DNA from: Hypanus sabinus
Taxonomy: Eukaryota
Assembly (NCBI RefSeq): GCF_030144855.1
Contig: NC_082730.1
Span: 4,092,001-4,156,000 of the forward strand
Reading direction: 5' to 3'
DNA length: 64,000 nt
The translations under genes were made by a program, and so were the position numbers. Positions 1 through 10,204 of the stretch are shown piece after piece. The notes under the pieces are model-generated. The model searched no databases. It saw nothing but the letters and a program-made list of their open reading frames with translations, and was not told where the DNA came from. The first letter of the stretch is position 1. Each line of letters starts with the position of its first letter.

Positions 1-639
1 TCTGGAGGATACACCCGCCACATCCACAGAGGCGGAGTCAGGAGCCGGGAGGGATTGAACCAACAATGGGGAATCTCATGTGTCTGAGACTGAGGGAGCT
101 CAGCACACAGGGAGAATGGACTTGATGTGAATGGGCTGGACAGTCTGTATCTGTGGGTCTCAGTTGCACACTCTACCCCAGGTGAAAGGCCTGGTCTGTC
201 CTGTTCAGGGATCCCAGCTATCCCATCTGTTTAACAGGACACTGCTTGTTTATTCCCACAGACTGAGGTCTGAGCTCAGCAAAGTGTTTATTCCTCAGCC
301 TTCATGCTGTGCTGTGCTGAGTGAGACCCTGTGTATTCATTACACTGAATATAGTGTCCCAGTGAGTGACACATGGAGGGAAGGGAAATGGTTTTGTGAC
401 ACTTCCTCCTGTGTGTGTCCAGAACGTGGTGTGGGACATGGAGTGGTGGGAGTTGTGGATGTGGCAGTAGAGCAGAGCAAGGTGTTACTCAGGGAGAAAC
501 TGGTCAAAATATGTAAGAAAGAGGGAAGGGAGTGGAATGTAAGTCTGAGGATAGTGTAAACTAAGTGGGTAAAGTTACTCAAAGGTATTCTAAAGGACCA
601 AGCATAAAAAGTATTTGGATTGGGAGATAGTTGAAATGT

Positions 640-1585
640 CTCTCTAGATTTTTGAGGAGGCTATCGGAAAGTTGATGAAGGAAAAGCAGTTAAATTTGTC
701 TACATGGACTTTAACAATGTCCTGCATGGGATGTTGGTGAAGAATGTTTATTGCCTTGGCATTCAGGTTGAGGTTGCAAATTGTATTCGACATTGGATTT
801 GCAGGTGATCTACAAGATGGTTGTCTCTCTGATTGGAGGACTGTGATTAGTGAAATGCCTCAAGGATTGGTGCTGGGTCCTTATTTGTTATCTCTATCAG
901 CAATCTGGATGACAATGTGGTTAACTGGATCATCAAATTTGAGGATGACACTGATTGGGTGTACGGTAAGGAAGACTATCAAAGTCTTTAGCGGGATCTG
1001 GACCAGCAAGAATAATGAGCTGAAAATTGGCAGTTTCAATTTGATGCAGACGAGTACAAAGCCTTGACCCTTGGGAAGTAAACCAGGGTGGAACTTAAAT
1101 AATGACCAGTCAGGTACTGAAGAGTGTAGTAGAATAGAGAGATCTTGGAATACAGAACAATAAATTCTTGAAAGTGTTGTCACAGTCAGATAGGGTCATA
1201 AAAAAAGCTTCTGGCACGTTGCCATTCATAAATCAAAGGATTGAGTCCAGGAGTTGCAATGTTATGTTGAAATTTTATAAGACCTTGGAGAGGATTAATT
1301 TGGAGTATTTGTGCAATTCCTGTCACCTATGTACAGGAAAGGTATCAATTCGATTGAACGAGTGCAGAGTATCAGGACTTGAGGACCTGAGTTATAGGGG
1401 AAGGTGGGGGAATTTCAAGGTGCAGGTGGAAGTATTGGAACCAGGTTCAATTTCAATGTCTAACTGAAACTTGAATAAATATTGGGAGGGATGTTAAAGA
1501 CTTTGTCCAGATGTGGATCAATGGGGCTAGGTATAGACTAGATGGACTGAAGGATCTGTTTAGCCACTGCAATGCTCTATGATTC
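640..1585 (+). mobile_element. Decayed CR1 LINE RT/3' fragment in V-C2 intron (shared with copy B 35405-36370)
   Basis: Degenerate RT motifs (VYMDF, VPQGLVLGP, FADD-like) with many frameshifts. Present in both paralogs, so it predates the duplication. Confidence 0.8.
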
Positions 1586-2205
1586 AATGTAGTCTCATTG
1601 AAAGGACCAGGAAGCATAGATGTTGATCCACTGAAGGTGGAGACCAGTGGGGTCGAAGGAAAGGGCCAGAGGAAACATATCCTTGCTTTCGGTGGGAGAG
1701 GGTGTGAGAACAGAGACGTAAGAAATGGAACAGGTTCTCAGGGCCTCACACCTTCATCATAATCTGGGCAGGCAGAGTGGAGATTGACAGATTGCAGAAT
1801 AGAATGGGCTGTGTCTTGTGTTGGACCAGATTCAAGACAGCTCTGGGCTGGGGCTCACTCAGGTTTTAGGCTTTGCAGGGATTCAGGGACCACACAGAGG
1901 AGGAACAAAAGACATGGAAATGGAGAGAATTTCTGGAATAGAGCGCTATAAACAGGACATGATGGAGAGTTTGTAGATGAGTGTGGGTTGTGTTTGGGAA
2001 AGAGGGTGCAGCACGTGGGAACTTGCTTCAGCAGCAAGTGACTGAACAGAAGGATGAGGGAAGGTTTAAATCGTTTGGGTAAAAATGAGGTTGGATTGGC
2101 TTGAAGTTTACTCTGGACCGTTGGGGATGGGACGAGGGAGTTGGGGATCGAGCTGTCCACGATGATCTCCTTTACTCATCTTCTATCTCTCCCTCACACC
2201 CTCAG

Positions 2206-2493
2206 AGCCTGTGTCAGGAGCAAACATCACGGTTCAGAACATCACCGGGACCTGTAACCTCACCCTGACCTGTTCCGTGGCCTCTGGCAACCCCATCAGC
2301 TTCAGTTTGTGGAGAGGAGGAGAAGTTACAGGAGACAACAACAGCCATCACTTCTGGAGACACGAAGAGACGATACAGGTTCATTGCACAGCAGAGATGG
2401 AGGATGTGGTGTACGGGTGTAAGGCCAGCAACCCCATCAGTGAGGACACCGCACAGGTCCGGCTGGGGAACGTCTGTAATCTGGACACATGTC
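2206..2493 (+). CDS. Copy A exon: C2-set Ig domain (CD2/SLAM type)
   Basis: Acceptor 'ccctcag|ag', donor 'tgtc|gtgagt'; 288 nt, phase 1-1. Translates (E)PVSGANITVQNITGTCNLTLTCSV...YGCKASNPIS...VCNLDTC, matching the CD2-family CxxxLxC and YxCxAxNPxS pattern. Confidence 0.93.
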
Positions 2494-4238
2494 GTGAGTG
2501 TCAGAGGAAGGAGTTGGGATTTAGTTATCTCCCCATCCCAGGAGTCTGAGATGGGACAGCACAGAGGATCTTCACAAAACCATAAAAATTTACAGCAGAT
2601 GACAGACCTTTTGACCCACAATGTTGTGCTGACCATGTAACCTACTCTAAAACTGCCTAGAAATTCCCCATAGCACAGCCCTCGATTTTTCTAAGCTCCA
2701 TGCTCCTATCAAACAATCTCTTAAAAGACCCTATTGGATCTGTCTCTACCAGCATTGCTGGCAGTGCATTCCATGCACCCACCAGTCTCTGTGTGAAAAC
2801 TTACCTCTAACAGCCCCCTTGTACCTACTTCTAAGCATCTTAAAACAATGCCCCTATGTGTTAGCCATTTCAGTCCTTTGATACAGCCTCTGGCTAGCCA
2901 CGCGATCAATCCCTCTCATCATCTTACACACTTCTATCAGGTCACCTCTCATCCTCCTTTGCTCCAAGGAGAAAAGGCCAAGTTCACTCAACCTATTCTG
3001 GACAGGTACATTGGAGCTCAGAAAAATAGAGGGCTATGGGTAACCCTAGGTAATTTCCAAGGTAAAGACAAGTTCGGCATAGCTTTGTGGGCCGAAGGGT
3101 CTGTAACGTCCTGTAAGTTTTCTATGTTTGAGAAGATGAGCAATTACAGATTTGATTCCTCTACCATTTCATAAATTCCTGTCACAAACATTTCCCAAAT
3201 TGTCTGTCAACAGTATTGTTCTTTTGTGTACCAATGGGAGCACTGCAGAGTAGGAGGGGATAGAGGGGAGTGATGTGATAATGACTGTAGGAAATAGGGG
3301 ATGAGGGGATTGAGGTGTAGGTTGCAAGTCAGTGATGCGATGTTGATTATAGGGAATGGGGAAAGAAAGGACTGAGGGGTATCAGAGGGGAGGTGATGGG
3401 TTTGGAGGTCAATGATTTGATGGTGATTGGAGGAAATAGGGATTGTGGGATATTAGAGGGGAAGGGTTGGAGGGACTGAGGGTTATTGGAAGGGAGGGGA
3501 GTGGGGTGAAGAGGTGGGGGTTGGAAGGAATTTATGTGATGGGGATTGCAGGGTACTGAGGGACCATGTTGAGGTGACAGGGAGTTTTTTCCGACTGAGG
3601 AGGGATGGAGTGAATTCATCAATCCTGTGTCACTGGGAGGGTGAGGACTGGATTCATCAGGAAATCTTTTCTCCTCTGTGTTACAGCCCCTAAAACAACA
3701 GCGGTGCCGATTGCACTGACCCTGGTGTTCAGATTGTCAGTGGTGCTGATCCTCCTGATCTCTGCTCTCACTGCGATCCTCATGGTCACATGGAGGAGAA
3801 GACCTGAGGGAAGGGAAGTAACTTCAGAGACTGAAGGCAAGTGGAGCTGACACCCTGTCATTGAGTCTAGTATTTGGGAGAGGGAGAGAGAGGGGGTGGG
3901 CTGGGGTGGTGACAACAGGGGTGGGAGAGAAGAGTTAGATGGGGTAAAGTGGGAATGGTTTCAATACAGGCCCTGTCACCTCTGCTTTCTGTCCCACAGA
4001 CCCACTGGAGACAGGCATCATTGACACAGACCTTCAGAAGAATCGCTGTATCTGGCAGCCCCCTAGGGGGAATGACAGGGTAATGACGGACACCTTACAC
4101 CTGGAAAGAGGGCACCCAGGGACCACTCACAGTCCTTGGGGCAAACTGAACATAAGGCCTGCATGTAATCTGAACAATCCCAGAATCAACCACAGGTCCC
4201 TGTCACTGGGGATCGTTCCAACCACCACTGCATATTAA
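2206..4238 (+). CDS. Copy A: CD2/SLAM-family-like Ig receptor, partial (C2+TM+cytoplasmic exons), activating-type
   Basis: join(2206..2493,3687..3836,4000..4238 or 4079). All junctions are phase-compatible and the frame is open. TM has Arg (AGA 3731-3733). ITIM Tyr is replaced by Asp (GAC 4023-4025). The V exon is predicted about 130 bp left of the window by offset to copy B. Confidence 0.85.
2580..3129. mobile_element. Two fused CR1 3' fragments (minus 2580-2999, plus 3000-3129)
   Basis: Typical CR1 3' UTR/tail sequences in opposite orientations, fused by the deletion seen relative to copy B. Confidence 0.7.
3245..3610 (+). repeat. G/purine-rich low-complexity tract upstream of TM exon (paralog 38955-39400)
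   Basis: Dense GGG/GGGG runs and ggga/gagg motifs on the + strand, with very few C. Confidence 0.75.
3687..3836 (+). CDS. Copy A exon: transmembrane segment with Arg
   Basis: Acceptor 'tgttacag|cc', donor 'gaag|gcaagt' (GC). 150 nt; PKTTAVPIALTLVFRLSVVLILLISALTAILMVTWRRRPEGREVTSETE. Confidence 0.9.
4000..4238 (+). CDS. Copy A cytoplasmic exon (ITIM-dead); ends at donor 4079 or reads through to TAA 4236-4238
   Basis: Acceptor 'gtcccacag|ac'; (D)PLETGIIDTDLQKNRCIWQPPRGNDR|gtaatg. The frame stays open to TAA at 4236-4238. There is a 9-nt deletion relative to B. Confidence 0.8.
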
Positions 4239-5200
4239 TACTCTCAGTTACTCCAAAATCTGCTTCTGCAAACTCCAGTCTCATCAACAACATTGTGTGG
4301 GTAGTCATCAGTACTAAGCCCCCAAATCTCAAAGGCACTGAGTGGTATCAATGGTAAATGTGTCAGATACCGTTTGTAAATGGATCTATAAAGTAAAGTA
4401 AGTTGAGAACCTGTGTCAAGTATGGCCCGAGCAAAAATACCTTCAGTCCATTTGGACACACCAGAGTCTGGTCCCTCTAAACCTTCACGAATATTGTTTT
4501 GCACTTTAGTATTTCCCTTGATGCACTGATTGGAACGTATTCTGTCTGAGAATCCAGTCCATACCTATACAGTGTTCACCCGCAGTTTTGCATCTTTAGT
4601 TCTCTGATTGATTAACCGTGATTTACTTTCTGTAGATTTTCGTGTTACTCATAGTTTCACTTGAAATGTCTATCTTCTTCACAGTTGTTACAGAACTTCC
4701 AGGTTTGGTACGTTTTGTATTCAACTGAACAGGAGAGTTGGAATATTCTGATGCGGGAATAAAAATTGTGGTAAATGCTCTGTAAATGCTGCCCCATGCA
4801 AAGTTATCATTTTCCAGGGAATAACACCCTGCACCAGCAAAAAATAAAGTGGAGTTATATTTACTGATATTAAAACTTTAACAGTTAATAGAGGGAAAAG
4901 AAAAGGGTCCAGCACAGCTAAGCCAGTCTGAATGGGCAGATAAACGTTGGAGCTTTGATTTCTCACTTGCTGAACCCATGATCTGCATGGAAGACACCAG
5001 TCACCTTTGGAACTTCCCTTGAAAGCCATTTTGAATGAACTGGCTAACTCAGGAGCATTGGCTCTTCCTGCTGAGAACCATTTGGCTACACGAAGCACTT
5101 CTTGCAACAGTGACTCTCCCTTGAACAGTGTTCACTGAGCATCTTCGCTTGTGTTCTCCTCCACTGCTCCTGCCAACCAAACCTCCCCGGACTGGCTGAC
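4233..5200 (-). mobile_element. Probable Ty3/Gypsy LTR-retrotransposon remnant (aspartic protease fragment)
   Basis: ORF 4244-4504(-) contains ARAILDTGSQLTLL, a retropepsin D-T-G motif. The extent beyond about 4510 is uncertain. Confidence 0.5.
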
Positions 5201-6036
5201 ACAACATTCCCAGCCTGAGCAAGTAGTCCTTATCTCAGCCGAAACCAAAACACTAAGCTATGAGGCTTAACGATGAGAAAACATTGCATTTGCAGAAAAA
5301 CTGCTAAAATTAAAATACCTCACAGCATACCAGTAGAAACACAATAAAACATGTGCTTAACTTGGGAATGACACAGGCAAATTGTTTGAATGTGAGCAAT
5401 GACTCAATGGCAGCCATAGAGATGGAGGGCCAATGGGCCTGTTTCTGTGACTCCACCCTATTTGACTCCCTTCACCAACACATCACAGTTCAGAGTTCAA
5501 AGTATATTTTATTATCAAAGTGTGCATATATTATACAAGCTTGAGATTCATCTACTTATGGGCAGTCAGAACACAAGAATCTCAAAAGAACCCATGAAAA
5601 AAGAAAGTTAACAAACACCCAATGTGCAGAGAGAGAGAGAGAGAGAGACATCACACCAATCATGCAAACAATAAAAGCCAGCCAAAGCATTCAGGATGAA
5701 AGCGAGCCCATAGACACAAACCCTGGAGGATCCGGAGCAGGCCCACAGCCTCAGCTTCAGTTCATCACACAGCAGAGCAAAATGTCATGGAGCTGACACA
5801 CATGGACCCTGAGGCATCTGGAGCCAGCTCACAGCCTCAGTGTCAATATGCAGCAAACCAGCCAACACGCACGACCTTTTCAATCGATCTGGCTCAGGGT
5901 TTAAATCATCCACTATAACACCACACACAGTTCCAGTCACGGTCTGTGCCGATCAAAGTCCCAGGTCTGCTGCTCTTGGACCAGATTCAGACACGGTCTG
6001 GGCTGGGTCACACCCGGGTGTAGAAGGGAAACTGGG

Positions 6037-6720
6037 ACCATAAGACCATAAGATATAGGAGCAGAAGTAGGCCATTTGGCCCATCGAGTCTGCTCCACCA
6101 TTCAATCATGGGCTGATCCAATTTTTCCAGTCACACCCACTACCCTGCCTTCACCCAAACCCTTTGATGCCCTGGCTAATCAAGAACCTATCTATCTCTG
6201 CCTTAAGTACTCCCAATTACTTGGACTCCACAGCCACTTGGGGCAACAAATTCCACAGATTTATCTCCCTCTGATGAAAGTAATTTCTCTGCATCTCAGT
6301 TCTAAATGGACGTCCTTCAATCCTGAATTCATACCTTCTTGTCCTAGACCCCCCTACCATGGGAAATAACTCTGTTATATCTAACTTGTTCAGGCCTTTT
6401 AACATTTGGAATGTTTCTATGAGATCCCCCTCATTCTCCTGAACTCCAGGGAATACAACCCATGAACTGCCAAACATTCCTCATGCAGTAACCCTTTCAT
6501 TCCTGGAATCATTCTGTAAATATTCTCTGAACCTTCTCCAATGTTAGTATAGTATTTCCAAAATAATAAGTCCACAGCTGCACACAATCCTCCAAGTGTG
6601 GTCCCACGAGTGCCTTATAGAGCCTCAGCATCACATCCCACCTCTTATATTCTATACCTCTAGAAATGATCGCCAACATTGCATTCGCCTTCTTCCCAAC
6701 CAACTCAACCTGGAGGTTAC
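6037..6720 (-). mobile_element. CR1 LINE 3' fragment
   Basis: ORFs 6217-6477 and 6509-6778 resemble the CR1 ORF2 C-terminus (RGIEYK...LYKALVGPHLEDCVQLW); the (cttatggt)-type tail is at 6037. Confidence 0.85.
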
Positions 6721-8494
6721 ACTTACAATGGTGACAACATATGTGGGCCTGGAGAGGATTGCTGGGAATCAAAGCCATAAACAGGGAACTGTGGATTTTT
6801 TATGGATGTTGCGGGAAGTGGTTGGGAAAGTGGGAACTTACTCCAGCAATAACTGATGAAATGAAGGTTGAGGGAAGGGCTAAAGTGGTGTGTGGCAATG
6901 AGCTGGAATCAGCTTCAAGTTCACTTGGGACCATTGGGGATTGAATGCAGGAATCGGGGACCAATTTTCCTTAACTCATCTTTCACCATTACTGCTCAAC
7001 CTGAAATCCCATGTAAGGAACATAGATCATGGTCTATTCATTTTCAGAGATGCTGCTTGACCTGTTGAGATCCTACAGCATTTTGAGTGTGTTGCCCTTG
7101 GTTCTGAACATTACCGGGACCTTTGACCTCACCTGGTCCTGCTCCATGTCCTTAGGGTTCTTACCAGCTTCAAGTGGTGAAGGGGAGGAGACTCCAGCAT
7201 ACATCACCTCTGGAATCATGGAGAGATGGGTGAGGTTCATCACACAGATTAACCTGTGGATGGGCAGTGTGATGGGGCAGTGTAGGTGGCGCTTCACTTT
7301 ATGTCAAACATGTGCACATTTATTTGTTTTACAATAATCACACTGTTCTCAGTTCAATCTTGACAAATATTTATGCATTTAAAACATCAAATTAAATCAT
7401 GATCATCCTTGTCCAGGATGCAACCCAGCCCTTGTAATGCCTACTGCCATCTGAAAACATCCAAGATGTGAATGAAGAGTACGTACTCTCTTTCCAAAAC
7501 CAGATTGAACTGAGTTACTGACTCTCAGCTGACCTGCAGTGTCAGAGCCAGAGTCAGGTAGCAGTTTGTGGTGTCCTGCCATTTTTCAGTTGAGTAGCAG
7601 TGCACAGTATGAACTGTTCCCTAAAGCGAAAGACTACTCTGAGTGATCTCCTGAGGGGATGATCCCTCAGTAGGTACTTCTGTCTTTCATCAGTACTGTG
7701 GGTCTCTTAATTGTTGTCCAGCCTATAGTCGTTAAAGCCTTGTGCATTCTGTTTAATCTTGTCAAGCTTATTTTTCTACATCCTGTGATTATTTAAAGTG
7801 GACTCCCAATTAACACAAAATGGTGGGTCATTGAGTTCCGAAAATAATTTGTTTCACAGCGTCGCTCGCTCAGGCCACCAATGTTCTGTTGGAATTCCAA
7901 TGTATGAACTCATCTTCTATCTCCACATGGGAGTCTATCGCTCCTCTGCACCTGGGTTCAGTTGTCTCCCAGCACACACCGTGACACTGTCTGCTACAAT
8001 GCAGGTAGTCAACAGCTAGGTCCAGGTATGACTCTAAGCTGAGCAGATTCTTTTGAAATGTTTCACCTCAGACTTCTGCCTCTTGGTCGTGCTCTTCTTG
8101 TACACTTGATAAAAGTGATGGTGGTGAGTCTTACCCATGTCCCACCTAGACTTCAGAAAAGGGAATGTCCGGAACCTTTGGAATGAATCCTGGAGTCGGC
8201 CACCTTCCAGCAGCCAGTTGTTACAGAGCTTACGTGGACCCCACTCATGTGCACGTCAGGACGAACTCTGCCCATGCGAAGTGATCGATTGAGTATGAAA
8301 CTGGCCTCATAGTGAACATCAGACATGTTTGCTGCTCAAATTATAGATGGTCTCCTCCGTCAGCCCCCTTCAACTGTTACACCACTCCCACTGGAAATTA
8401 AAATGAAATGATTCATGTTGAGTTCCCCCCGCTGTCCCCCTGCATCCAAGAGACAGGTGGCTACAATTAAAATGGACTCCACGGGGTGTGGAGA

Positions 8495-8750
8495 TGTGGC
8501 ACAACCCCGGTGAGACTCACCATCTTTTATAGATGTACCATAGCAAGCATCCTATGTGGATGCATCACAGATTTGTATGGCTACTGCTCTGAATATGAAA
8601 TGGCAGAGAGTTGTGAATGCAGCCCAGTCTGTCACACAAAGCAACCTCCCATTCATGGACTGTGTCCTCACTTACCACCGGCTCAGGAAAGGAGACAACA
8701 CAATCAGAGAGCCTATCCACCACTGTCATTCTTTCTTCCCTCCCCAGTCT
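8495..8750 (+). mobile_element. Rex-Babar-like LINE C-terminal fragment
   Basis: LTIFYRCTIASILCGCIT...QRVVNAAQSVT...PIHHCHSFF resembles the post-RT region of Rex-Babar-type LINEs. Confidence 0.7.
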
Positions 8751-10204
8751 GCCCCGACACTATCCCACTGACCCACAAATCTGTCTTTCTCAGCCCAACA
8801 CCCGACCCCTCACCATGCCTTCCAACAACACTCTCCGCAAAGTCTCCACTTTGTCTCCCTTGTAAAGGCCGACTCCACAGTTCCTCCACCGTCCCCAGCA
8901 CACAGATGCACAGACACACACAGGATCAGGATGGAGACAGCAATCGGAGGGTGGGGAGGGGGTTGAGGACTGGGGTAGATCATCCACTGTCATATTCAAT
9001 GGTGCGAGAGGCTGGGTTGCTTGAGGGGCCAAAGCCAACTCCTGCTCTTATATCCCTCTTTGTGTGTGTCTGTTTGTACATGTGTGAGAGAGAGAAAGAG
9101 TGGGTGGGGAGATCTTCAGAACTGAGTGAAAATGCAGACTGAGAGGGAGAGACACAGACTAAGAAACCGAGAGAGGAATGTGAAAACAGTGACTTCTGAA
9201 GAGAAATGAAAGGTAAATTGAAAAAGATGTCCTCTCAGAGACTATGAGAAACAGGAGAATGAAAGGACAAGAGAGAGATGGGCAGAGAGGCTGTGGGTAA
9301 GGGTACAGAATCTGAGAGAGAGAGAGAGAGCTAGAGGTGGACAGGGACTGGTTGGAGATGTGGAGATGGTTAATGGGATGTGTTTGAGTTACAGCTTGTG
9401 CTCTGTGCCTGTTTGGAGTAGTATTGCCTCTTCCCCATCACAGTGTATTAGATAGCTGTGACATAGCCAGTTTCCACTGCTTTAGTTATTACCCATCGAC
9501 CATCAAGCTCTTGAGTAAATGTGGATACCTACCCTCACTGCCCCATCATTAAATGTCTTACACCAAAGATCTCACTTTAAGGATTCTTTATCTCATTATC
9601 TCATGTTCCCAGTATTCCTTGCTATTCATTTATATTTACATTTGCACAGTTTTTTTTGTTTTCACTCTGGAGGATCTTTCATTGATCCTGTTTTAGATAC
9701 TATTCTTTAGATTTGTTGAGCATTTCAAAGGAAAATAAATCTCAGGATTCTATATGGTGATATATATCTACTTTGATAATAAAGTTTACTTTGCTCACTT
9801 TGAAGTGTACCTGTTTCCAATGCTTGTTCACCAAGCACCAAATGAAGTTGCAAGTTTTAAGTTCAAGAACAAGTTTCAAGTTTAATTATCGTTCAATTAT
9901 ACACGAATAGAGGCAAACGACAAGGTGCAAAACACATACCAACAACATACAGCACACTTCACATAGCACATTGCACAAATAGCACGTTTGGTTATTCATC
10001 AGTACAGAACAACATACAGTCACAAAGAGAAATAAAAATATATCGCCCAAGTCTTGAGTGGTCCTGGTCCAGCTTGTTCTTTCACCAAGTGAACACTGGA
10101 GGGCAGCAGAGACAGGAGGGCTCAGACACCAACCCAGTATGAAATCTGATTTGGACAATCCACATATTATAGTGAGAATGGTTACAGGGACAGTGTATTC
10201 CGTG

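Larger units (their letters stand above)
1..4232 (+). repeat. Segmental duplication unit A (paralogous to 33326-40002)
   Basis: Position 1 aligns to 33326. Colinear homology runs through the C2, TM and cytoplasmic exons and ends at 'accactgca' (4232 vs 40002). A lacks B 33699-35127 and 37775-38702. Confidence 0.95.

Noticed and set aside
131-559. 142-aa ORF (and paralog 33456-33782) as a gene
   Set aside because: It is intronic, spans the deletion junction, differs between copies and has no recognisable domain.
7540-7790. Minus-strand protein-like stretch (KNKLDKIKQNAQGF...YLLRDHPLRRSL)
   Set aside because: It has internal stops, no family recognised and no consistent splice phases.
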